From: Podarcis liolepis
Taxonomy: Eukaryota
Direction: 5' to 3' (one strand)
DNA length: 64,000 bases
Assembly: GCA_965112155.1 (NCBI GenBank)
Contig: OZ218098.1
Under the pieces are notes generated by a model. The model saw only the letters and a list, made by a program, of their open reading frames with translations. It was not told the origin of the DNA and did no database searches. The position numbers and the translations under genes are program-made. Positions 12,043 through 25,500 of the stretch are shown piece by piece (positions within the stretch are counted from its first letter, which is position 1; each line of letters begins with the position of its first letter).

Positions 12043-15000
12043 TAATAATATTTTGATCCTGTTATTATTTTTGATTTTATAGTGCTATCCTGTACGTTGA
12101 AATTTAATTTGTTAAGCTATCCTGTATACGTTTATGTGGAAGTAAGAAAATTCATAGCAGCAAAATGTCCTGTTCTCTTCTCTGGCTACTGTTGCCTGCC
12201 CCCTCTTTATAAGTCTTTGTAGAAGGACAGGGGGCTTCATGCACAAGGTGGAGAAGAACACGTTGGGCTGCTGGGAGCAGGGTTTTTTGTTTCTTAACAC
12301 ATGTTAAGTAAAGGAGGCTTTACAAAAGGAACGTTTCCCATCCCCTTCTCTCAACAATTGCTTCCACCCCATCAGCTATTCTTCACGAGGGATCTCCTTG
12401 ATCCTCTGCAAAGGCTTTCCAGTGGTGGCTGTGGTGGGGAGGGCTGGGGAAGGAAATTTGGTTTCTCTGAACAGCTTCCGAAGAGCCGTTTCAGAGGTGC
12501 TTTGGTATGCTTGGAAAAGCGACTTAACATGAAGGTTTCTTCTAGTCAATGGATGAGCTTATCCTGAGGGCTCCTCAGTTTGGGAATAAAGTACAGCTGG
12601 AGCAAGCAAAAAAATAACTTAATAGTTTGTGTCACATTTGTTTACATTGTTTCTTGAACAAATGGAAGAGGAGGAAAAGGATAAAGGTACCTTCCCCAGA
12701 ATTCAAACTGAGCCTAACAATGCTCTGGGAACTCCAAGGAACTGTGAGAGCACCTCCATCTGTTGATAAGAAGAAAACTTATTGACAAGTCCAATGCTCT
12801 TACCTCTGTCAGCAATGAAGGCTATCCAGCGCAGGTTGTTCAATAGTAGTACTGGATTGGAGATGTGAAGGCTTGAAAAAAAACGGAAAAAAATTGCATA
12901 AAACCAGCCCCTCCCCCTGTTTTTTCCCCAAAGCTGTTTGGAAAAACTGGGGGGGGGGACCCTGTCGTCCCCCCTCAATTTTTTCTGGGTTTTTTCTAGG
13001 TGTTCCATCTCTAGTACTGGAGTCTGGTTGATTCCCTTTACTGTTCAGAATTAAGGGGTAAGGCCCATAGAAAACCGTGGGATTGCCTCTGAGCAAATAT
13101 TTAGATGATAATGCATGTTCATTTCTTAATATTATATAAAATAAGATATTTTGAATAAAGTTAATAAAAATGCATCAGATTGGTAGTTCATAATTTAAAT
13201 TCAAGCAATTTGATATTGAGAATTTATATGATTGATACTTCAACTGATTTATTAAAAAAATTCACAGATTAAACGCAAACTCATTGAAGATCATGCAAAT
13301 GAATTACGCAAAGCTAGAGAGGAGTTGCAGGAAATGGAACAGACTCATAAAACAAAAGCTGAAGAATGGAAACGAGAACAGGAGGAATCAAGAAGAGAGG
13401 CTGAAGAGAAACTGTCATTGTTGCGTAAAGAGCTTGAAAGCAAGGCAGAGTGTGAGAAGCGAGCCTTGCAAAAGCAGTCTGAATTTCGTGAAGCTGAAAT
13501 GATTTGGCTTCAGCAGCAGCAGGCTGCTAGAATTGTAGAACTGGAGAAATCCTTAAAGGAGCAGCAGAACAGCGTCAGGCAGCTGGAGGACACTTTAGTA
13601 AATGCACAGAAGACTTTGGCTCAATATGACAGTGAACTAACTTCCACCAAGACCCTCATGACTGAAGAGTTAGAAAAAGCCCAAGAAGCATTACAAGAAG
13701 AGTGGAAAGCTAAACTTAAAGATGCACAGAGCAGGTTTGTAATTTACTATATTATCATTGTGATTATGATGTACGGTAAATCATTTTTTTACCAGCTCTT
13801 CATTACAGAGCAATTTCAGAGTAGGTTATTAGAAGTTTCAAATGCACAATATAGTTATTAAAAATGTCAGGTAAATCGCAAACAGCTAACTAAAACAAAT
13901 CCATACTGACATCAAATTCCACTAAAAGTGGGTAAGTCTATACAGGAGAAGGTATTCTTTGAAGTATCCCAGCCCCAGGTTGTACAGGGCTATGTAAGTC
14001 CGTACATAATCAAGGTGTAGTAAAAGACTGGGAAGGACAGGCAATGTTTATGAATTACAATTAAAACATAATTTCCCTGTTTCATGGATGCCCAGAGCCT
14101 TATTTTGAAAAGAAGTGGGCAGAAGACCCAAATTGAAAGGGTTTGTATGGAGGTTAACCAGGTTTCCTGTTTCAGAAACCAAATGGGGGGCAGGGAATGG
14201 TCCTGTGGGTGTTGAGTTGAGAAGGGAAATCACTTAGGATTCATAATACAGTCTTCCTTTTCTTAGGTGAAAGCTGGTGTTATTTTATTCTTTAGAGGTG
14301 TGTGTTTCAGCAGACTTGCCTTATTAATACTTGCTCCTAATGACTTGAAAGATACCTTCTCATACGGAAATGTGTGTTTTTAAGCCAAGACATTTCCCCT
14401 TTTCTTTTGGTAAATGACTGTTTTTGTGGGTAAGGGAGCTCTCCATTGTTAATATGGGAAAGAAAGTGGAAGAGTTCTATTTAAAATGTAATGGACTTTG
14501 TAAGCTGGGTCGGGATGGTATGGGGATGAGGGACCAACTCCCTTCTCTTGAGGGGGCCCAGTTAGTGCCATTGCCTTCCGTTAAGAGTTTGGGTGTAATC
14601 CTTGACGCCTCCCTTTCCATGGAGGCGCAAGTTACAGCAACAGCCAAGGCGACATTTTTCCACCTTTGCCGCATCAAGCAGTTGGTCCCTTACCTTTCCC
14701 GCCCCGACCTGGCCACAGTGATCCATGCGACAGTCATCTCCAGGCTTGACTACTGTAATTCGCTCTATGCGGGGCTGCCCTTGAAGCTGTCCCAGAAACT
14801 CCAGCGGGTACAGAATGCTGCAGCGAGGCTCCTCACGGGGTCTCTGCCATGGGAGCATATTCATCCAGTGCTTTACAAGCTGCACTGGCTCCCGGTGGAG
14901 TACAGGGTCAGATTTAAGGTGCTGCTTTTGACCTTTAAAGCCCTTCACGGCCTAGGACCCTCGTACCTACGGGACCGCCTCGCCTGGTATGCCCCACGGA

Positions 15001-16251
15001 GAGCCTCAAGGTCCATAAATAACAACACCCTAGTGGTCCCAGGCCCTAAGGAAGTTAGATTGGCTTCAACCAGAGCCAGGGCCTTTTCAGCACTGGCCCC
15101 AACTTGGTGGAACGCTCTGTCTCATGAGACCAGGGCCCTGCAAGATCTGATTTCTTTTCGCAGGGCCTGTAAGACAGAGTTGTTCCGCCTGGCCTTTGGC
15201 TTGGAGCCAATTTGATTCCCTCCCCCCCATTTTCTTTTTTCTTTTCCTTCTCCTACAATGAGGCTACATTTTAATATTTTAATGTTCCATTATTTTAATG
15301 TTATATTTTATTTTTGTTTTTAAGTTGTAATCTTTCATCTTGTTTTTCTTATTGCTTGTAAGCCGCTCTGAGCCCGGCCTTGGCTGGGGAGGGCGGGGTA
15401 TAAATAAAAAATTATTATTATTATTATTAAGCCTTGTGTTTTCTGTGCTTGTAATGGGAATGTATCTCTAGCACTTCTAGAATAATATGCAACAATGCTC
15501 TGAGAGTAAAATTGTGGTGTGGGGTAAAAATGAAATTGTTTTGTATGATATCAGATCTGACATGTGATGAGGCTTTTGATAGGCACAGGTCAATTCTGTG
15601 TCCAGGGCAGCTGTCTACCAGCTCCATCTGGTACGCCAGCTGAGACCCTCCCTGCCTGCAGACTGTCTCACCAGAATGGTGCATGTTCTAGTTATCTCCC
15701 GCTTGGACTACTGCAGTGCTCTCTATGTAGGGCTACCTTTGAAGGTGACTCAGAAACTGCAATTAATCCAGAATGTGGCAGCTAGACTGGTGACTGGGAG
15801 TGGCCGCCAAGACCATATAAAACCAGTCCTGAAAGACCTACATTGGCTCCCAGTACGTTTCTGAGCACAATTAAAAGTGTTAATGCTGACCTTTAAAGCC
15901 CTAAATGGCCTCGGCCCAGTATACCTGAAGGAGCGTCTCCACCTTCATCAACCAGCCTGGACACTGAGTCCAGCGCCGAGGGCCTTCTGGCGGTTCACTC
16001 ACTGTGAGAAGTGAGGTTACAGGAAGCCAGGCAGAGGGTCTTCTCGGTAGTGGCGCCTGCCCTGTGGAATGCCCTCCCATCAAATGTCAAGAGAATAAAC
16101 AACTATCCCAACTTCTAGAAGACACCTGAAGGCAGCCCTGTTTAGGGAAGTTTTTAATGTTTAATGCTGTATCATGTTTTTAATATTTGGTTTGGAGCCA
16201 CCCAGAGTGGCTGGGGAAACCCAGCCAGATGGGTGGGGTATAAATAATAAG

Positions 16252-16297
<46 letters not shown>

Positions 16298-19200
16298 GTT
16301 ATTGTTGTGTTATTGTTTTTACTTCTTTGTACATCTAGATTGGTGGAAGAGCATGAAGCTATTACTAAAAAAATCACAAGAGAACATGAGATTCTCTTTC
16401 AGGAGCTGAGGGAAAAACACACTGAGGAGCTCAATCTCCAAAGGACAGAATTGCAGCATAAGCATAAGGAGCATATTTCGTCCCTGACATCCATTCTACA
16501 GACAAAGCACCAAGCAGACACTGAAACTCTCAAGTCTGTATTTGAGAGAAAGCAGCAGGCTCTAGAAACTCAGATAGCAGACATGCAGAATAATCATCAA
16601 GCACAAATTACGGAACTGGAGACTAAGCATTTATCAAATTTGGATTCTCTAGAGTCAACATATATATCTGAAATTCAGCTCCTGCAAGATGAGCACAGGC
16701 AAGCTATTGAAGATTTGTGGGTAGATTTCAGAGACCAGTTGCTTCAGAAAGATAAGGAAAATCAAATGTTTTTGGCTCAAGTAGATGAGATGAAACTTCA
16801 ACATGTTGAAGAGCTGCAGATTTGCCAAGACAATCTGAAAATAGAGTTGACTGCAGTTCACATGGGAAAACTTAAAACAATGGCAGCAGAACTAGAAGCA
16901 GCACATAACGTGAGTGAGGCTAACCATTAATTACTCTTGGGTTTGAGTTCTGGGTTTGAGTGATGCAGGTTGAACCAGATGTCACAGGTGGTGCAGGCTT
17001 CCAGTGTCTTTTTTCCTTGCACATATGGATACCCCCCTACTTTTTGATTTGTAATAGCTATACAGTGGAACCTCGGGTTGCGGACATAATCCATGATGGA
17101 GGAATGTCCGCAACCCACAGCGTTCACATCCTGAAGCGCCATGTTTGCGCCAGCGCAATTTGGCACTTCTGTGCATGCACGAAGTGCGATTTAGCGCTTT
17201 TGCGCAGGTGCAAGCGACAAAACCCGGAAGTAACCCGTTCCGGTACTTTTCGTTTCCCGCGGTCCGCAACCCGAAAACATGTAACCTGAAGCGTTCGTAA
17301 CATGAGGTACGGCTGTATAGTAGTTCACTGTGTTTTCTAAATCTATCAAACTATGGATAGTAATCCACAGTTTCTCTCTGCGCTAGAACAGAAGCATGCT
17401 TTCAGATGCGTTTCTGGCTCTTGAATGTAAACTGTTGTAGGCAGCAAATATAGTTTATTCATTCTGGACACCACAGCAAAGTAGATTTACTGTGGAAGGG
17501 GAGGAGGGAGTCAGCAAGCGAGGAGGGAGCATGTTGGCATGCAGCATTTTCACAGACAGCCAAATCATGATTTGGCCAGCTATTGTATAGGTTTTGCTTT
17601 TGCTCTCTTTTAGTTTCTCTTTTGCCCTTTAAGTTTCTCATTTTATTTGATTTTTATCTGTGACCAAAAACATGTATATTTCATTTGTGCACTGCTCCTG
17701 CTGCGTATGTTATAGGTATAGGGGAGGGCAAGATGGAGTAACTGACATTTGTGCAGCAGAAAGTTTGTAACCCTTAAAGTTAGGGAATTTGACATTCTAT
17801 AGCTGTTTAGGGAAACTGTTTTAAAACCTGTATAATCTGTAAGTGAAGCAACAAAATGAGCTACAGTAGTTACCATATTTTTCACTCTATAAGATGCACT
17901 TTTCCCCTCCTAAAAAGTAAGGGGAAATGTGTGTGCGTCTTATGGAGCGAATGCAGGCGGGAGGCTCTGCTCAGCGCTCCCTTTAAAGAGCCATGTGGAG
18001 CGTGTGTGCGGCTCTTCGGGGCTTTTCCCCAAGGAGGGAGAAGGGCTGCCCTTGTCCCTCCTCGGGGAAAAGCCCCCAACAGCTGCACACACACTCCACA
18101 CGCTCTTTAAAGGGAGCGCGGCTCTTGGGGGAGCCTTAGCCGCGGGCAGCCTCTCCTGGGCAGGGGATGAAGACTCCCGCTGGCTGTCCTGGCTTCTGGG
18201 ATTCAGAATAATTTTTTTCTTGTTTTCCTCTTCCAAAAACTAGGTGCGTCTTATGGTCTGGTGCGTCTTATAGAGCGAAAAATACGGTATATTTTTCTGG
18301 TACAAATGTCTGCCTTTGCTTTATTGTTTTGTAAAGGTATACTATGTGCAATTTGGGATTCCTGTTTTTAACTTTTGATTATGTATAGGAAGATTTGGCA
18401 GTAGTGCTAGGAAAACAACGACGTTTGTTGAAAGATGACTATCATAATGCCCTGGATGTGCAGCGGGAAGAAATCCTCCATATAGAGGAGCAACATAAAA
18501 AAGCAATACAGGAACTTCAAGATATTCATTTGGTGGAAGTTAATCAAGAAAAAGAGAATTGCCAGCGTCTTCAGAAAGAGGTAAAGCAACAAGTTAGACA
18601 AACAACAAGTGAGGATCTGCTTTGATTTTTAAGAGAAGCAAAAATCTTTTAACTTTGTTTCTGTAGGTTGCCTTCATTTGAAGCCATCCTGTTTGAGGAA
18701 CAATATCAATTGACACCCAGTTCTGCTGCAGCTGTAAATTAGATCATACATTGAGTGCATGAATGCATTTAACATATTACCTAATTAGTTCTGATAAAAC
18801 TTTGTAAGCAAGTGCAGCAAGGGTGCCAAAGGCAGTTTCCCTCCCAGGGCAGATAGCTGTGGGAGGGGAAACTTGTTATTTAGATCATGATACAGAAGGA
18901 AAGACTTGATCCCTCCCTCCCTCCATCTATTTTCTTTTAACCATTAAAGGCAATTCATGCATTTGACATCTCTCTAATTTGACCCTTGCTGGGAAAACAT
19001 ATGATATAGAAATTTTCTTTTTCTGGCGTTAGTCAAATAAGCCAGTCTGTGGGACCAGCTATTGGAACTGACTCACTCCAAGGACTATACTAGCATTAAT
19101 TACTAAATAAATTGCCTTTCAAAGGCTTTAGATATTTCATTCCTTAACCAGGTGTGAAAGACATAGATATTATTACATTCTAAGGTAAACTAGTCTGCAG

Positions 19201-22200
19201 GTTTATAGAAAAACATTTTTTTGGACCAATTCTGAATTTGTTTTATCAATGCCCAATCTTGAAGGTCTTTGAAATTTAAGTACTGATAATATAGAGGAAT
19301 TCACAAAAATACTTACTACTATAAAATTTCAGTGAGGCTTAGATGCCTAGCTGTTTTTGATTTCTTTGCTTTGCTTTCTAGCATAACAAAACAGGGTTAG
19401 CATGGGGCAATTGCAGAAAGTAGAGATTGTATCATTAATACAAGCATATATTCCTGTACAGTGGTGCCTCGCAAGACGAAATTAATTCGTTCCACAAGTT
19501 TTTTCTTCTTGCGAGTTTTTCGTCTTGCGAAGCACGGTTTCCCATAGGAATGCATTGAAAATCAATTAATGCGTTCCTAGGGAAACCACTTGCCAGGCTG
19601 GCGGTGCGGAGAAGGGCTTTTCTCCCCACCGCAAGCCTTCAGGACAGGTACAGGAACAGAGGGGAAGGGGCGCAGCGCTTCTCCTCTGTTCCCAGGGCTT
19701 GCAGTGGGAGGAGGGTTTTTCCTCCCCACCGCCAACATTCAGAACAGCATTCTGAATGTTGGCGGTGGGAAGGAAAACCCTCCTCCCACCGCAAGTCTTC
19801 AGGACATCCTTCTGAAGGCTGGCGATGGGGCGGAAAGACCTCCCGCCGCCAGCCTTCGGAAGCCTGCTCCAAAGCCTGGCGGTGGGGCGGAAAGACCTCC
19901 TCCCGCCGCCAGCCTTCGGAAGCCTGCTCCAAAGCCTGGCGGTGGGGCGGAAAGACCTCCTCCCGCCGCCAGCCTTCGGAAGCCTGCTCCAAAGCCTGGC
20001 GGTGGGGCGGAAAGACCTCCTCCCGCCGCCAGCCTTTGGAAGGATGCTCCGAAGGCTGGCGGCGGGAGGAGGTCTTTCTGCCCCACCGCCAGGCTTTGGA
20101 GCAGGCTTCCGAAGGCTGGCGGCGGGAGGAGGTCTCTCCGCCCCACCGCCAGCCTTCGGAGGAGGTCCGAGGACAGTGGGGAAGACGCGCTGCGCTTCCC
20201 CGCTGTCCCGGAGATTTCCCTATGGGCTTTCGTCTTGCGAAGCAAGCCCATAGGGAAATTCGTTTTGCGAAGCGCCTCCAAAACGGAAAACCCTTTCGTC
20301 TAGCGGGTTTTCCGTCTTGCAAGGCGTTCGTCTTGCGGGGTACCACTGTATGTGTATGGCAGTCGTTGCTGTCAAATCTTCTTTAAACAGGAGGAAGATC
20401 AGTTACAGTATTTCACATGCAGTACTGTCCATCCTGCTGTCCACTGTCATCCTGGGCTATCCTGGATTGTATTCACAGTGATACTGGGGTCTCCCAGGCT
20501 TTTGTTTATGGAGGGAGGGAATTCAACATTCAATCTTGAGAGTGATTCAGGACTTCATGGTCTCTGTGGGAACCATGCGCCTGCTACAGTTTTAACAATG
20601 AACTTAGCCATTAAAGTGCAATAAAAGTTACATTGTAGTATTTAGCATATTAAAAAATGAATTTTCTATATGCTGCTTTTGCAAAACCTTTTAGCTCACT
20701 GTTACATTTTCTACAGATGGAGGAGAAAGTCAAATTCTTAGAACTAGAAGATGCTAATGCTGAACTGAGAAACCTCCAGCAACGTGACAGAGAGAATCAG
20801 GAAGGAGAGACTCTAATGGCCTTACTGAGATCTGATATGGAGATTTGTACTAATGAAAGGTTAGTTCATGATATTCAAAATATTTTTTGGTTTTTATATA
20901 AATTAGGCAAGCAGTATAAATTAAGGTTCAGAAAAGAGAATACCATTGAAGCAGATAATGCTAATAAGAAGTATTAGAGAATAAGAAGTGGCTTATTCTG
21001 AACAAGATTGACATTAGACAAGTGATTCTGGCATGTTGACAGCTGCTTTTGTGTTTTTCCCTGATAGAATTTGAAGGGAGTTTGTTCTGGGGGAAAATGT
21101 CCATTTGTGCTGTTGTGTGATTTGTTATGCTAATTCAAGGGAAGTGTTGTGTATGTGGCTTTTGGTTGTAGTTTAAAAAATGTAGTTTTGTGACCAATGT
21201 TAGTCAAGTCAGTGGGATTTATGAATGTGTGCTTCACACATGCTGAAGATTAACTTGTAAAAGAAGGTTGAGTGGAGGGGAGGGTTTGAGTGGGAATGTT
21301 GGATAGAGTGAGGTTCAAGTATGAGGGTCAGATGGAAAATGACAAGAGTGTGTGATTAGGGACAGAAAAGCCCTGAGGGAAGAGGAAGGAGTGAGAGAGA
21401 CAGGGGAAAGTATATTTGATAGATGTATTTACTTTATTGTTAAGAGTGAGTTGGCTAAATCTCATTCCGCTGTTATAATGAGAAATTGGGGGCTTATACA
21501 ATTTATAGTTTGAAAATGGCTCAGCTAATTGATTTGAAACTTGGCAGTGTAGGAGAGTAAGGTTTGAGGATGGTTGATGCCAGAATTGAGGAGGAAAAGT
21601 TAATGCATGGTATATCTCCAGGTAGCATGGCAGTAGGGAGATGGGGGAAGGAGGGAGGTGGCTGAGATTTTCTCTCTGAATCCCTGCATACTTGCTCCTT
21701 CTCACTAAGCCACAGCTAGGCATGGTAAGACATCCCCTTTTATTGTTCAGAGATGGGATTAGAATTTTTTCTTCATTTGCAGATGGACCCTAGAACTTTT
21801 GCACTCTGGAAAACTCGGGGGAGAAATGTAGCTGATGTCCCTTTAGGTTTTTCATGGCCTTCCAGTTGTCTTGCAAACACATTCTATCCCAGCATATATA
21901 TATATATTTCAAAACAAAAGCTATCTTGACCCTTTGTTTTGTGTTCTGTGTTACATTTGCTATGCTTCCCATTGATGTTTTACCAAGTCAAAAAGATGTG
22001 AAGGGTTGGAAAAACCAGAGTCCCCCCCACCCATTTTTCCAGGGTTCCCCCCATTTTTTCCCAAAAAATCGGGGAAGGACTGAACCCTCCTGCAGTTTTC
22101 CAATCTTTTTCCAGGTTTTCCTATGTCTACCCATCCTCTTCTCAAATAATGATATCTTTCTCATCCTTGGTATTTTTTTTTTAATTCTTTTATTGCATTT

Positions 22201-22460
22201 ATATGCCAGGAACACAAGGTGGTGTGCATGGTTCTTCCTCTCCTTATTTAACCCCCACAACAAGCCTGTGAGGTTAGGCTGAATGGCAGGAACTGGCCCA
22301 AGAACACCCAGTGAACTTCATGCCCAAGTGGGGATTTGTGGCCTGGTCTCCCAGGTCCAGGTCTGATGTTAATCACTACTCTACGCTGGCTTATCAACCA
22401 GGGTGCCAAAGTCTCTATTACCATACTTTTGTTTCAGTGCAATAGGTGAAGGAGTCTTAT

Positions 22461-22516
<56 letters not shown>

Positions 22517-25500
22517 GTTATGTGGTTGAGAGATCATTAGGAAATGAATTCAAAATAAAACTGTTGATATCATAACATACAAATCTATGGTGTGACTGAA
22601 TTTGGAATACTGGTTGTCTCACCTCAAAAAGGACACTGTAGAGCTGGAGAAGGATCAGAAAAGAGAAACCAAAATGATTAAGGGGGTGTATGTAGCACAA
22701 GAGCGCAATACCTTTTTCTGTAACATTTTAATTTAAGAAACTTTCATGGATAAGTGGAATGCACTGTACATTCCTTCTATCTCCCACCCTGAATACAAAT
22801 AACTCCAGCTAAAATCTTACGTTCATTTTTCATATGATGCTGAACTATACTTTGGACCTTCCTGGAAAAGAGAGAAGTTTCTCCGCTTCTCACAGATCAG
22901 CTGGAGAAGTTAGGTGGCAACCAAGTGATAAGAAATATTGGCATGATTGTGATTGGATGGTTCCCAAACACTAAATGCACTTGGGGAGTTTTAAACATTG
23001 CTTAGGTCCATTAGTGTATGAAGGAAGATAGCCAATGGAAGGTGTGTGGCAGGCTGAGAGTTAATAGGGAGTTAATAGGGAGAATGGGTCAAGAGAATGG
23101 TAATGGCAAGAGTCCAGAGAGCAGGCAAGGTGGCAGCAAAGCTGCTGAGAAAGACATTGGATCAATGACCGCATAGAAAGTGCAGGAGGCAGATTATTGG
23201 GAGGGCAGATTTTGTTCAGTGTTGAAGGAGATGTGCTAGTTTTCAGACAGAGGGAAATCTATGGCACAGATTTCAGAGACAGAATATGTATGTTTTATTC
23301 TAGGAAAAAGCTGCAAGAGTCTTATCAGCATGCTTTGAAATTGCTTCTGAAAATGGTGAAGGCTACAAAAGATACTGAAGACCTCATCTACAAGAAGATC
23401 GGTCTTTGTCTTGATGAGAGTCTAGCATCAGGAGATTCAGGAGAGAGTCGGAGTATAATTGGAGAAATAGTACTTGCACAAAATCGTAAAACTGTGGAGA
23501 AATGGGGCATAGAGAAAAGCAGTAGAGGTAATTGTGCGCAGAGGAAAGCTAAAACTACCATGGGTTTCAAATACAATGTCTTCAAATACATTTCCTCCAA
23601 GGCTTCTCAGAAGTATGGTACATTCTAGCCAGTATTAAAACAAGACCCTGTAGTGTAACTTGAAAGCTAAGCATGTGTTTAATCTCTACTACTGAAAGTG
23701 CTTGACTTTGGATGGATCATGCCATAAGTCTTTCCAATATCTCTTCCTCTTTTCCATATTTGAGTATTTCGAGAGCCTGTTAAGATGTTACTTTTCTTGG
23801 TTCTACTCAGGTTGTGATGGGGATCAAGCCTTGGGCTGACTTTTACTCTTTTTATTCTCCTTTGTTCCTCCTTCACCATGTATAGAAACTGATTAATAAT
23901 CTGGAGGTTTCACTTTATTTGAATGTTCTTTGTAAATGTTCAAATAGGAAGAAATGAAGAAACATTTTTTATGCTTAGCACTGCCTGATAGTAAATACTA
24001 CTAATAATAATCTAAAATTTATACCATGCCCATTTGTCTGGGTTGCCCCAGCCACTCTGGGTGGCTTATAACAGAATATAAAAAACATAACAAAGTACAA
24101 TTGCATAATTCTATTATGCAGAAATTGTTGTTTAGATATAACAATGGTTCCCAAACCCTTCCCCCCCTCCGGTTCCCTAAACTGATCCCCAGTGCCCCCA
24201 CCCTACTCTGTAAAAAAACATTATTCAGAATAGCAGTTTGCGCATCCAGTTAAGGAAGATAGTAACACAAAAAATCAAGAGTATCAGTTTATTCAAACTA
24301 CTGTTAAAGTGATTTAGTTTAATTAATTCAACAAAATTGATGAACTTGATCCTGTGAAACCAGCTTTCCAAAGTCTGATAGTCATTTAACAAGAGTCTTA
24401 GATACCACATTGTTTTTAATGCAATGAATGGGATTGATCAAGTGATACCTGTTTCTCAATGTCAGGTTTAAAGTCTCTTAGCAGAAGTCTTAAATCACCA
24501 TGTTTAGTAATCTGGAGTAGATTTCTTTGCTTGAACAGAAGTTGGATGACCACACTAAAATGGCCTTCCAGCAAATGTGATGCTGGAAATTCAACAAGGA
24601 GCTTCTTAACAACTGCTCATTGTGTAGGAGGGTGACCAGAAATTTCCTTCTGTAACCAAATCTCACTGTAAAATTTCTTAAACTTTTGCTTCAGCTCAGA
24701 TTAGTTTTTTCTTCACTACCTCAGTTCCTCAGTACAGTCGTACCTTGTAAGCCAAACAGAATCCGTTCCGGAAGTCCATTCAACTTCCAAAACGTTCGAC
24801 TTCCAAGTCGGGGCTTCTGATTGGTTGTAGGAGCTTCCTGCTGCCAATCGGAAGCCGCAGGAGCCCTGCCAGGCGTTCAGCTTCTAAAAGAACATTTGTA
24901 AACCAGAACACTCACTTCCAGGTTTGCAGCATTTGGGAGCCAAAACGTTTGACTGCTAGTCAACCAAGGTACGACTGTATCTAAAAATGGATTTATCATC
25001 CAATCTGAAATTTAAATAGACAGCAAGGAATGTGCTTTGCTCTGGGCTCTAACCTGGTCAATCATACATAAGTGATCAGTGCATTCAGAGGGGCTCACCT
25101 CCAGAGCCCACCTGCTTGACTCTTAGCGCCCCCATAGGTAACACCACCTTTCCCCAGAGGGCAGTACTGCCCACTTTGGGAATCACACTGGTATGACAAG
25201 TTGTTTTGTTGTCTCTGCTTTTGTTTTTAAACCTGTGGCATTTTAATTTCTTGAATTCTTGATCAAACTCTGCCAGAACACAGCTTTGATTCTTCGTTGC
25301 CTGATGAAGTATCTGAACTGAGTGAGCATTTATGTGAAAGTATTTTTGAAAACCCAAACCTGGTGTTTGAAAATGAAGAGAGGATTCATAAAATTTGTCA
25401 TTGTTTGCATATTGCTGTGGAAAAGCTTCTAGAGCTGGTTGCTGAATCAACTAAACAGGTAAACTTATATTAATGTTTACTTAATTTTAAACTGTAATCA

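Noticed and set aside
12662-12686. ATG GAA GAG GAG GAA AAG GAT AAA G|gtacc as an alternative first exon of a short PCNT isoform
   Set aside because: Phase 1 is incompatible with the next exon (phase 0), the donor is weak, and there is no promoter evidence
16180-16377. Poly-Q ORF, and poly-I/poly-L ORFs at 38892-39337
   Set aside because: These are translations of L2 microsatellite tails
19813-20160. CRISPR-like array
   Set aside because: Units are contiguous with no unique spacers, there are no cas genes, and the context is vertebrate
19590-20386. Overlapping 140-260 aa ORFs on both strands, suggesting a novel repeat protein
   Set aside because: Fully explained by a stop-free GC-rich 60-bp repeat inside a TIR-bounded MITE; no splice or domain evidence
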